A stretch of 64,000 nucleotides of DNA from Stegostoma tigrinum. Taxonomy: Eukaryota. The number at the start of each line of letters is the position of its first letter. The stretch's first letter is position 1. The notes beneath the pieces are model-generated. The model had not been told where the DNA came from and did not search any database. It was given only the letters and a program-made list of their open reading frames with translations. Location: the NCBI RefSeq assembly GCF_030684315.1, contig NC_081373.1, forward strand, positions 49,986,066-50,050,065. The letters run 5' to 3'. The position numbers were made by a program, and so were the translations under genes. Below, in pieces: positions 50,970-62,889 of this stretch.

Positions 50970-52140
50970 GCCTTAAGACACAGGAGCAGATTTTGACCAT
51001 TCATCCCATTGAGTTTGCTCTATCATTCCATCAAGGCTGACATGTTTCTCAGCCTCATTCTCCTCACATACCTTAACCCTTGTACTCATCAAGAAACTCC
51101 CTCTCTGTCTCAGTGCCTTGGCCTCCACAGCCCTCTGCACGAATGTGTTCCACAGAGTCACCCTCTGGCTAATGAACCTCATCTCAGTTCTAAAGGCTGA
51201 GACTGTGCCCTCAGGTCCTAGTGACTCCTACTAGTGGAAACATCTCCTCACCATGCTGTAAATTTCAATCAATCAGATTCCACCATCATCCTACAAAACT
51301 GAGTACAGACTGAGTCCTCAACTGTTCCTCTGCTGACAAGCCCTTCATCTTCAAGTTCATTTTTGAAAACATCCTCTGGACCCCCTCCAAGGGTAGCACA
51401 TCCTGGAATCTAAAACTGCTCACAATATTCCAAATACAGTCTAACCAGAGCCTTATACAGCTTCAGCAGAACATCTCTGCTCTAGTCATCTAACCCTCTT
51501 AAAATGAATACCAACATTGTATTTGCCTTTCTAACTGCAATCTGAACATGCATGTTAACGTTAAAAGAAATAAGACTCCCAAATCCCTTTTTGCTTCAGA
51601 TTTCCAAAGCTTTTCCTTGTTTAGAAAATAGACTATGCTTCTAATCTTTGGAACAAAGTACATAACCTCACAATTTCTCAGTATTCCATCTGCCACATCT
51701 TTGCCCACTCACCTAGCCTGTCTAAATCCTTCTGCAGCCTGCTTCCTCAACACTACCTGTCCCTCCAATTTTTGGTGTCATCTGCAAACTTAGCAACTCT
51801 GTTCCTTCATTCAGACCATTAACGTATAACGTGAATAGTTGTGGGCCCAACATGGACCCCTGTTGTACTCCGCTGGTCATCAATTGCAATCCTAGAAAAG
51901 ATCCCTTTATCCCCACACTCTGCCTTCTGCCAATCTTCTTTCCATGCCAGTACCTTACCCCTAACACCATGGGCTCTTATTTAGCAGCCTCCCGTATGAC
52001 AATCTGACAAACGCCTTCTGGAAATCCAAATAGATCATGACTACTGGCTCTCCTTTGTCTAACTTGCTTGTTACCTCCTCGAAGAATTCTAACAGACTTA
52101 TCAGGCATGACCTCCCCTTGACAAAGCCATGCTGTCACCC
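50970..52140 (-). mobile_element. Decayed CR1 3' half in CISD1 intron 1
   Basis: TSGVQQGSMLGPQLFTLYVNGL motif plus 3'UTR. Confidence 0.85.
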
Positions 52141-53709
52141 TCTACTATTTTGTTACACACTTCCAAATATTTCAACTCCCAGAAAAGAGAAATGCATAGC
52201 ACTGGGATTTGTGGGGGCAGCTTTCTTCAAGGCCAACACTCAGCACAAGATCCAGCTTACTCTACTAAAAAAAATCCATAAAGAAATCCTGCTGCAACTT
52301 CCTGATCTATTCACAGTCAACGAGAACTGCTATCAGTCTCAAACTACCCACAGTGTTTAACTAATAATTAATGGGGGAACACAGTTTGTGGTTCACATCA
52401 GACGGACGAAGAGTTAATATTTAAATAATCCAGTGGTGTCCAAAATTGATGGGGTCTGAGTAAGATTCTGCACAACTGAAGCATAACCTCCTCTCCTTTA
52501 CATTTCAACCTTGAGATAAACTCCAAGTTCCATCAACATTTTTGGTTGCTTCTTCTAAACATTGATCAGAACAGCCAGAACTCCCCTGCTCTTCAAAGGT
52601 GCCTTGGCTCTTTTTATCTTAGTGTTCATCCCAAAGAACAGATGGTCCTACAAACTAATGCCATGTTCAAAAGATAGCACCTCCAATAGTACACTGTTTT
52701 CATATTCACTGAAGTGCTGAGCCCATGTATGTGGGCCTGAAGTCTCAATCTGTTGAATCAGAAACAAGAATGCTACACACAAACAAGATGTAATTCTTGT
52801 GTTAACTCAATTAATAATTAAACAGGTATATTTGCACTAGAGAGGGCACAAAAGAGATTTGTTAGTGCGTACCTGGGCTGGAGTGATTCAGCTATGAAGA
52901 CACACTGCATAACAACACAACTGTTACCTATGAGCAGAGGAGGCTGGGTCAGAACCCAAAACGTTAACTTTAGTTCCTCTACACAGAAGCTGCCAGACCA
53001 GCTGAACCTTTCCTGCAATTTCTGTTTTTGTTACTGATTTACAGCATCCACAGTTCTTTCAGTTTTTATTAAGGCTGATGGGGTACTTGATTGAGGTGTA
53101 CAAAGTTTAAAGTGCATAGATAGGGTAGAAGGGAGAACTGGGTCACCTTAAGAGTGTCCAGTGACCAGGGGGCACAAATTTAAGGTAAGAAGCACGACAA
53201 TTAGAGGGAATATGAGGAAAAATCTTTCAGAGAGTTGAGCGTATCTGGAACTCACTGCCCAAAAGGGTGGTCAAGGAATCCTCAAGACATTTAACAACAA
53301 TTTAGATGAAATGTTATGGCATACAAGGCAACAGGTCAAATGCTGGAAGACTGGATCAGACTGGATGGAAAACCGATAATTGGCACAAGCACAGTGGCCA
53401 AAGGGCCTCGTTCCCTGATGTAAAACTCTGACTATTTACTAACTGCAAATTCCTAAAACATTATCGATGGAAAAATGATAAGTTTTAGAATGCTAATCAA
53501 CATTACCTAAATATATAATTTATTATCAAGCTGATTTGATGTACTGTACATGAATCTTACTGTGACAGAAAATGCTGATTGCAGCTACTTTGTATACATC
53601 ATAGCTAAATGAAATCTACTGTTAAGTTTAAACACTTGTGAAGTTTAAGTGACAAAACCAGGAGAACTGCCAGCCTCATTTCCTATTAAAAATGCTGTCG
53701 ACGGAAAAT

Positions 53710-54060
53710 TTTTTTCTTCTTTATTTGTTTATGGGACATGGTTGTTGCTGGCTAGGCAACATTTATTGCCCAACCCTAATTGCCCAGAGGGCAGTTAAGA
53801 GTCAAGCACATTCCTGTGGGTCTGGAGTTACATGTAGGCCAGGCCAGCTTCCTTCCCTAAAGGACATTAGTGAATCAGGTGGGTTTTTCCAACAATCGAC
53901 AATGGATTCACAGTCATCATTAGGCTCTTAATTCCAGATATTTATTGAATTCAAATTCCACCACCTGCTGTGGCAGGTTTCGAACCCAGGTCCCCAGAAC
54001 ATTGTCTGGATCTCTGGATTAACAGTCAGCGATAATACCACTAGGCCATCATCTCCCCTA
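53710..54060 (-). mobile_element. tRNA-derived SINE, second family (also at ~37710-38050, ~16490-16830 and ~180-400)
   Basis: Minus strand GGGGAGATGATGGCCTAGTGG (A box), GGGTTCGAAACC (B box) and a GGGCAATAAATG tail; homologous copies are visible elsewhere in the window. Confidence 0.8.
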
Positions 54061-55260
54061 GGTCACTGACTCTGGCAGATTCAAAGGTCATTCAGAAACC
54101 ATTTGGAGTTTGGAAGCCTAGGCAAACAAAAATTTAAGAACAGTCATATCCAAAATCTGAGGCAAAGCCCAGGAAGGCAGATTGAACAGTCAATTATGAC
54201 TGCAGCAAGTGGAAGACGTTTTTAAACACATGATGTTGTCTGTTGTCTTGCAGACTGATATTGTCAGAGACCAATTTGCAACCATATTGGCTACAGAGCA
54301 TTACTGCAAGTGCATCACAGCCATTACATGGAATCATACAGCAAGGAAGCTGTTGAAAATCCAGCTGTATTTCAGCTACATACTGTTGACAAATTTAAAC
54401 GCCTTACATAACAAAGCATAATTCATGTCACACTCCACATTAGTGCCAACTCATTTTTATTAATTCCAATGAGTAATCTGGAATAATTCCCCAGTGAGTT
54501 AAAAGGCTTCTGCAACCTGTGGTTAGTTAACTAACTGATTAGCAGGTTGACACAATTGCAAAATTGAGATACGTATTGTCGATACAATATGTTTAAGTCA
54601 ACATTAGAAAAAATAGAGAACGTATGCTGATTAAACATCACGCCATAACCAGACCTTTTATTCTTACAATATATTTAATGCACTCATTAGTTACTGTGTT
54701 AGCTAATGCACTCCTTATCAACAAGGCCAGGAACATGAGACAGTAAACACATTTTAACAGATTCCTCAGGGCTAAAAGAAAACTTACGGACATGCAGCAA
54801 GGAGACAGCTGTTGATGAGGGAGCAATGTAATCCCGAAGGTGGTTAGGCAGGCTTCAATGTCAGCAGCAGACTAAACTGTTAATAAAATCAGTCAGAGCA
54901 CAGTGGTGAGAATCTACTGACGAAGGAGCACTTGCTGTATCGTCAAGGTAGTCCCACTGTGTTTGAGACAGTGCTGGGGGATGGTGACCAGCTTTGTCGG
55001 GGGGGGTGGGGTGGGGGTGGAGAGGTGGCGGTGACCTTCCCCTCTTGACATGAGTGTAAAGGGCAAATCGCAGCATGCGCCCAGCCCCCAGCTTTCGCAG
55101 CACTTTACCAGCCCCACTGAGGGGTGCCGGGACTGTGTGTGTAGAGGGTGGGGGTGCTATGAAGCCGTGAGCTTCCCCTCCCTCCCCCGGGGTTCCACAG
55201 TACTCTACACCGAGGCCAGGTCCTCACCTACACAAATGGGCCTCCGGCTGCCCCAATTAC

Positions 55261-55285
55261 CTTTTACATTCGGGTAGCTCCCCAT
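55261..55285 (-). CDS. CISD1: CISD1 (mitoNEET) coding exon 1
   Basis: ATG GGG AGC TAC CCG AAT GTA AAA G|gtaatt encodes MGSYPNVK and ends in phase 1. It lies in a CpG island and joins exon 2 in frame (G|AA TGG = E-W). The exon is short, so the call rests on phase and context. Confidence 0.75.
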
Positions 55286-55680
55286 CACTCCGGCTGGTCA
55301 CGCTCCTCTCCCGGCCTCAGGGACAACGGAACCAGTATCGCCGTCCTACAATCACACCATCGAGGGCGTCCCGTTACAGAGGGCAAGGAACACGAGGGGA
55401 GGGAGGAATGGAAGGAACCGGCACGGGACGTCACGCCAGCGGTGCGCAGACTCCGGGACGGCACGCCAGCGGTGCGCAGACTCCCGGCCGGTACGGGACG
55501 TCGCGTGGGTAGTACGGAGTTTCCAAGCCGCCAATGATACCATGTTGTCACTACGCAGACTCTGAGCCGGCACCAACGACACGCCCGGCGAAATCATCCG
55601 GAACTGCGCAAACTCTGGGCCGGCATTGGATTGAGGTCTGAAGGAGGCGTGGTGTCTGGGTGACCTTGCGTTGTCGCAAT
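55286..55680 (-). promoter_or_regulatory. CpG-island promoter and 5'UTR of CISD1
   Basis: CpG-dense, with TGCGCA (NRF1-like) cores, a TGACGTC CRE-like site, CCGGAA and ATTGG elements, and an internal 30-bp tandem duplication. Confidence 0.7.
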
Positions 55681-56200
55681 CTGAAGTGCATTGGAGCAAA
55701 CTACAGCTAGTTTCTCAATTATATCAAAAAACCAAATAGTTAAAGCATTAAAAGTGCAATAGATCATTATTTGAATAGAAATAGTGCGTAGAATTGCAGG
55801 GAGCATGGAATGAAGTGAGCTGCTCACTCAGACAGCTTGTGCAGGCACAATGAATTGAATGGTCACCTTCGGCTCTCTAACGATTCTCAGATCACATTAT
55901 AAAGCAAGATGGAAAATGCAGAATACACCCAGTAGAATTGACAGGGCGAGAAACAAGCGTTAACGTTGCAAGTTGATGAGAAGGAGAAAAGTTTAAGATA
56001 AACCAAAATGAGAAGTAAATGCTATTTTGAGTAACTTTGCAAGGACTCATGCACGCATAAGGGATCCATTGAATTTAGTAATTGGCAGTCACACAATTGC
56101 CAGAGGAAGAAAAACATAAAAACTCTGTCCAGTTAAGGAATAAAAGTTGAAACAAATGTAATGCTGATAACATAGTGAAACATGAGTATTTAAAAAGCAT

Positions 56201-57486
56201 AATAAAATGTGAGGCTGGATGGACACAGCAGGCCAAGCAGCATCTCAGGAGCACAAAAGCTGACGTTTCGGGCCTAGACCCTTCATCAGAGAGGGGGATG
56301 GGGGGAGGGAGCTGGAATAAATAGGGAGAGAGGGGGAGGCGGACCGAAGATGGAGAGTAAAGAAGATAGGTGGAGAGGGTGTAGGTGGGGAGGTAGGGAG
56401 GGGATAGGTCAGTCCAGGGAAGACGGACAGGTCAAGGAGGTGGGATGAGGTTAGTAGGTAGCTGGGGGTGCGGCTTGGGGTGGGAGGAAGGAATGGGTGA
56501 GAGGAAGAACCGGTTAGGGAGGACTGGACTGGTTGGACTGGTTTTGGGATGCAGTGGGTGGGGGGGAAGAGCTGGGCTGGTTGTGTGGTGCAGTGGGGGG
56601 AGGGGATGAACTGGGCTGGTTTAGGGATGCAGTAGGGGAAGGGGAGATTTTGAAACTGGTGAAGTCCACATTGATACCATATGGCTGCAGGGTTCCCAGG
56701 CGGAATATGAGTTGCTGTTCCTGCAACCTTCGGGTGGCATCATTGTGGCAGTGCAGGAGGCCCATGATGGACATGTCATCAAGAGAATGGGAGGGGGAGT
56801 GGAAATGGGAGGGGGAGTTTGCGACAGTCGCAAACCATTTCCACTCCCCCTCCCATTCTCTTGATGACATGTCCATCATGGGCCTCCTGCACTGCCACAA
56901 TGATGCCACCCGAAGGTTGCAGGAACAGCAACTCATATTCCGCCTGGGAACCCTGCAGCCATATGGTATCAATGTGGACTTCACCAGTTTCAAAATCTCC
57001 CCTTCCCCTACTGCATCCCTAAACCAGCCCAGTTCATCCCCTCCCCCCACTGCACCACACAACCAGCCCAGCTCTTCCCCCCCACCCACTGCATCCCAAA
57101 ACCAGTCCAACCTGTCTCCGCCTCCCTCACCGGTTCTTCCTCTCACCCATTCCTTCCTCCCACCCCAAGCCGCACCCCCAGCTACCTACTAACCTCATCC
57201 CACCTCCTTGACCTGTCCGTCTTCCCTGGACTGACCTATCCCCTCCCTACCTCCCCACCTACACCCTCTCCACCTATCTTCTTTACTCTCCATCTTCAGT
57301 CCGCCTCCCCCTCTCTCCCTATTTATTCCAGCTCCCTCCCCCCATCCCCCTCTCTGATGAAGGGTCTAGGCCCGAAACGTCAGCTTTTGTGCTCCTGAGA
57401 TGCTGCTTGGCCTGCTGTGTTCATCCAGCCTCACATTTTACTATCTTGGAATCTCCAGCATCTGCAGTTCCCATTATCTCTGATAC
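56201..57486. mobile_element. Penelope-like retroelement 3' end in inverted (fold-back) duplication
   Basis: Arms of about 620 bp with the centre at 56826. Each arm encodes the C-terminal part of a GIY-YIG endonuclease (HFHSPSHSLDDMSIMGLLHC...RRLQEQQLIFRLGTLQPYGINVDF). A 14-bp TSD, TATTTAAAAAGCAT, lies at 56187-56200 and 57487-57500. Confidence 0.9.
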
Positions 57487-58004
57487 TATTTAAAAAGCAT
57501 CTTTCACAACCTAAGGATATCCTGAAGTGTTTTACAGCCAGTTTTTATTCATTGGTGCTAGAATTTTTGAATGGTGACCTCAGTGACCTGTTCGAGGTCT
57601 TCAAATTTTTTAGGTAACTTAATAGTTTAAATTGTCACAGGTTGTGTCTAAGGTTCAGAGACACAGTAATGATGTGTCACAAGTTTTAAAAAATTACACC
57701 AAAGAATTAAAAAGTATATTGGCATTTTATTTTACATGGGTGGTTGGAGAATTCCCTTGTTTCAAATCACTGTTGAAGTTGAACATATGATTATTTATAG
57801 GGGAAGTGAAGAGTTTTGCAAAATAGGAATATTAATGGGTATGGGGTGCATACAGAAATGAAAAATACTGGATGACTCATGAGGGGGAAAAGAATCTCAA
57901 AACTGAAGAGCGGTTTGATTGCTATGACAGTTCACGTTTCTGTCAAATCAATGTAAGGTTAGTTTGGAAGTGACCACAAAGTGGGACATACTGAGGGTCA
58001 TGTT

Positions 58005-58225
58005 ACCATAAGACCATAAGACATAGGATTGGAAGTAAGGCCATTCGGCCCATCAAGTCCACTCCGCCATTTAAATCATGGCTGATGGGCATTTCAACTC
58101 CACTTCCCTCCATTCTCCCCGTAGCTCTTGATTCCTTCTGAGATCAAGAATTTGTCGATCTCTGCCTTGAAGGCATCCAATGTCCCGGCCTCCACTGCAC
58201 TCCGTGGCAATGAATTCCACAAGCC
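58005..58225 (-). mobile_element. CR1 3'UTR fragment
   Basis: ACCATAAGACCATAAGACATAGG tandem tail and a typical 3'UTR. Confidence 0.75.
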
Positions 58226-59389
58226 CACCACTCTCTGGCTGATGTAATGTTACAAATGGGAGAATTTTGGAAGAACTGAAGTCTACTTAGGACTGAAAAT
58301 GGGAGGCTGGCCAAAATATTAACGGATGAGACAAGTCTAGAAATGCCACCGGCATGGAAGTGATTTTCAGCAACAAATGGGCAGAGGCAGGGACAAGAAA
58401 CGTACAAGTAAATGGGCAGGACTATGGATCAAATAGAATAATTGGCTTCAAGTTGAGCTGATGACTTGGGGTGAGAGGATTGAATTGGCAACATGGAAAT
58501 GCAGTCAGGATCTGAAGGCAATGGCTTAAGTTTTGGCATGTTTAACTCGAGAGAACTTTGGCACTGGCTGTGAGAGAAGCAGGCTGGCAATGCAGAAGCA
58601 GTGGTGGGGTCAACAGAAATGGTGCAGAGATTGAGATGAGGATTTTCATATCTTCAGGGAAAGCGCATGAAGCATATTTAGATCAGGAGCAGAGTCAAGG
58701 CTGTATGTTTGTGAGATTCATAGATTGAAAGGAAAGAAGAAAAATTGCTCAGGCCATGGTTGAATAGGTACGGGTGGAACAAAATAAGAGTGGCCCCAGT
58801 GGTTTGAGCAGCAGAGCAAAGGAGCTGAAAGAAGATGCAATGCTCAATCATGTCAAAGGCTATTTAGAGATTGAAAAGGGATAATTGGGTGTCATGGTTG
58901 TTAAGTCATTGAATGATAGTCACTGGTCTGTGCTGACTCTTGCCCTGCCCCAGCACTTCTCAGCATATACTCCAACCTGAAGGGTGTCATGTGGTGCAGT
59001 GGTAATGTCCCTATCAATTGGCCAGGAAGCTGAGGTTCAAGCCTCACCTGCTCCAAGTGTGTGTAATTTCTTTTATGTAGTAAGAGGAGAAAACCTGAGG
59101 TGATGACTTTGCTGTAGTCCTACTTTCAAATCGAAATTCAAACATTGTAACTCTAGATATGACATACTCATGAGTGCTGAAACCTGCTATGTCCACAGCA
59201 TCAGCTGGAGTTTCCCAAAGGTGCACTAAGCTCTGCTGATCAGAGAGGGAGGAGTCAGCTGTTCTAAGAAATTGTCAAATACCACTGTGCGAATGTGCGC
59301 GTCTTTGTGTCCATGAATTGACAATCCTCAGAAATCAGTACTTTTTTTGTAGATATTGTATTTAGGACGTTGCTGAAGACTTAAAGGGA

Positions 59390-60295
59390 GAAGACAGACG
59401 GTGGTGGTGGAGGGTTGTTTTTCAGACTGGTGGCCTGTGACCAGTGGTGTGTCACAACAATTGCTACTGGCTCCACTGCTTGCCATCATTCATATAAATG
59501 ATATGGATTTGAACGTAGGAAGAATGGTTAGGAAGTTTACAGATGACACCAAAATTGGAGGTGTAGTGGACAGTGAAGAAGGTTACCTCAGAGTACAATG
59601 GGATCTTGATCAGATGGGCCAAAGGGCTGAGGAGTGGCAGATGGAGCTTACTTTAGATAAATATGAAGTGCTGCATTTTGGAAAGGAAAATCAGGGCAGG
59701 ACTTAAACACTTAATGGTAAGGTCCTGGGTTGTGTTGGTGAACAAAATGTCCTTTGAGTGCAGGTTCATAGCTCCTTGAAAATGGAGTTGTAGGTAGATA
59801 GGATAGTGTAGAAGGCATTCGGTACGCTTGCCTTTACCAGTCAGTGCAATGAGTATAGGAATTGGGAGGTCATGTTGCAGCTGTATAGACATTGGTTAAG
59901 CCACTTTTGGAATGCTGCAGCATTCAATTCTGGCCCCTGCTATAGAAGGATTTTGTTAAACTTGAAAGAGCTCAAAAAGGATTTACAAGGATGTTGCCAA
60001 GGTTAGAGAATTTGAGCTGCAGAGAGAGGGTGAATAGGCTGGGGCCATTTTCCCTCAAGTATCAGAGGCTGAGGGATGACCTTATAGAGGTTTATAAAAT
60101 CATGTGGGGCATGGTTAGGGTAAATGGCAACATTTATAAGGCATCGGATTGGTACATGAATAGGAAGGGTTTAGAGGGATATAGGCCAAATTCTGGCAAA
60201 TGGGACAAGATTTATTTAGGATATCCAGATGGCATGGACGAGTTGGACTGAAGGGCCTGTTTCCATCCCATACATTTCTATGACACTATGACTGT
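59390..60295 (+). mobile_element. CR1 RT 3' portion
   Basis: VVEGCFSDW.PVTSGV...INDMD...KFTDDTKIGGVVDSEEGY; (CTATGA)n tail. Confidence 0.9.
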
Positions 60296-60649
60296 AAGTG
60301 TTAATACTTGACTGAATGCAGTAAGTACCATACATTGTGATGATGTCATACAGATTTGCTCAGTGTATAGGAGACATATCTGGGTTAGTGTGTTTGGAAA
60401 AAGTTCTGTAGTATGTCATATTTCTGTAACCTGCATCCAATGTCAGCACATACTGAGATTCTATCTATCCCCAGTGTTGACAAAGAATGGGTTTGGCCTC
60501 ATTGCTGTGGAAGTCTACCAGTAATTGGGCCACTCCTTATCACCTGTCCTTTTAAGAAAAATTTGCAAACATCTTTGACCACATGTCCATCAGGCAGTGG
60601 TCAGCACGTAATGTCCTCAAGAACCTACTGGTAAAAGAGAAGGCTGATC

Positions 60650-61150
60650 CTAGAAACAGAAAACTGCAGATGCTGGGATCCGAGGTAGACAAATAGGAGG
60701 CTGGAAAAATGCAGCAAGATGGGCAGCACCTGGAGAAAAGGAGCAGTCAACATTTTGGGTGTTACCCTTCTTCAAGACTAGATGTGGGGTTAGGGGGTGC
60801 TGCAAATATAGAGGGGGAGGTGTGTGGAATGGTGGTGATAGGTGCACACTGGTAGTAGGTATGACGTGGTTGGATGATGGAAGGGATAAATCTGGATTGT
60901 GACTGGGAGTGTCAGAAGGTAGAATAGAATGGAAGGGAGGTGGTGGGGCTGGAAAGGGAGCCAGAATGTCGGTGGGAAAGTTGTTTGAAATTGGAGAACT
61001 CAGTGTTGAGCCGTACAGGCTGTAGGGTGCTCAGGCAGAAGGTGTTGTTCTTAAAATTTGCATTCTGAATTGCTGCAACACTGGGGGAGGCCAAGGACGG
61101 ACATGTCAAAGGGGCATTGGGATGGGGAGTTGAAATGGGCGGTGAGTGGA
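60650..61150 (-). mobile_element. Decayed Penelope-like 3' segment
   Basis: LSTLQPVRLNTEFSNFK endonuclease tail, a C/T-rich UTR and a CCAGCATCTGCAG terminus on the minus strand. Confidence 0.75.
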
Positions 61151-62643
61151 AAGGCTGATCCTATTGGGTAGATCCATGAGCAGGCTGTCAAAGTCATTTG
61201 GCAGAATGTCTGATTGCCAAAACTTTGTGAAAAGCACAAGACGTCGCTTGGGTGGACCTGAGAAGGGTACCAACTGTCAGATCCTACACGCACACCCAGT
61301 CTCTGTGTGCCACTGCATGCTGCCCTCAATGCAGCTGTGAGGGGTTGAGGGGATAGAGACTTACATCACCTTCTAGAATATGCCCTTCAAAGAAGGTCTG
61401 GAGAGTTGCAGTGGCTTTTGTTGAGGTTCATCCCAAGCAGCCCTATTATACAGAACTCTGTGCTGCAAGGGCTGTTTCCTGGGATGCACACCAAGAGGAC
61501 TGACCTTGGTGAGAAACACACTTTGGTCTGCTGGAAACTTCTTGATCTTTCAGTATAAAGAGTTGGCCTCAACTGATTGTTACAGACTGGCACATTCCGG
61601 TAATACACGCTAAGGGACACACTAAAGCTTGGGGAGCTACTGCCAAGACGCAGTCTAGGGTCTTTTTGCAAAAATAGAATGAGGGTCCATTTGGTTCAGA
61701 CCCTCTTGGTGCCTCCAAAATAAACAAAAAAGCTGCCTGCGTCACTAGGAAATGCCTTGGCTTTTTGCAATTGTACAGAAACTCTGAAAAAATGCCAAAT
61801 TTCCAATGTTTTGTGTAGTTTTCTCTCTGCAAAGACTGTACAGACATAACTTAGAGCATTTGTATGCACTTATAGATGATTTTAAAGTATAAAGCATAGT
61901 TTTGAAATAAAAACTGTGACCAGCTTAATAGTTTATGTAATGTAGTAAACTTCATAAAACTCACTTAAAAAGCCTCTGCTTGATAGGGCTTTTGAAGTGT
62001 AACATAGGCAGCAGCCAATTTGTGCACATCAAGCTCCCCCAGAAATATGATATATCTTATAATTGATTTGATTAATGTTGATTGAGGCCCATTTCAACTC
62101 CCTGCTCTTAATGTTACAGGATCTTTTATAACCACCTTAACGAACAGAGCAAACACTTGTTTTAACAGCTCATCTAAAGGATAGCTCCTCCGAGAAAGCT
62201 GCACTTCACAGCAACACACTGGAATGCCAGCCTAGATTTTGGTGCTACAGACTCTGGAACAGAAACTGAAACCACAGTTCTGGCTTGGAGGGGAAAGTAC
62301 TATCCAGACGGGCAGAATCCTTGTGTCCATTTAGACTGAGATATATAGATTCTTGATTAGTAGGGGAATCAAGGGTTATGGAAAAGGGTGAGGAATGTTG
62401 GAACTGCAATGATGCTATTGAATGACACAGCAGGCTCGAGGGGATGTTCCTATTTCTTAGGTTTTATGGATCACAGCTGATACCGATGATTGAGGGGGAA
62501 AATAACAAGAGTTATGTTGATGGGATTGGTGGAATTAATGGAATATGGAAAAGGAGGGGTAGCAATGGCCTAGTGGTATATTGCTAGATTGTTCGTCCAC
62601 AAAATCAGCTGGTGTTCTGGGTAACCAAGTTCAAATCCTGCCA

Positions 62644-62792
62644 TAGTAGACAAACAGGAGGCTGGAAGAACACAGGAAGCCAGGCAACAGCTGGAGGAAA
62701 GAAGTCAATACAGGTAACAAAGTGTAGAGCTGGATGAACACAGCAGGCCAAGCAGGAAAGCTGACATTTTGGGTTTAGACCCTTCTTCAGAA
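62644..62792 (-). mobile_element. Two adjacent Penelope-like terminal fragments upstream of the UBE2D promoter
   Basis: 62715-62792 matches the main family arm; 62644-62710 resembles the end of the 60650 element. Confidence 0.6.
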
Positions 62793-62889
62793 GTGGAGTG
62801 TAAACACAGGCATAGCCCCATCCGTCTGAATGGCCCTCTTGTGGGAACAGTCTGTGGACAGACTCATAAAACTCTGGCTCCTAAGGATG

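Noticed and set aside
55285-55551. Upstream ORF whose TGA overlaps the CISD1 ATG (TGATG)
   Set aside because: The frame has no ATG (it starts at GTG) and probably begins upstream of the transcription start, so there is no support for coupled translation.
56514-57192. Mirror-image ORFs of 210 and 219 aa on opposite strands
   Set aside because: They are a consequence of the palindrome. Only the second half of each is real Penelope endonuclease sequence, and it is truncated.
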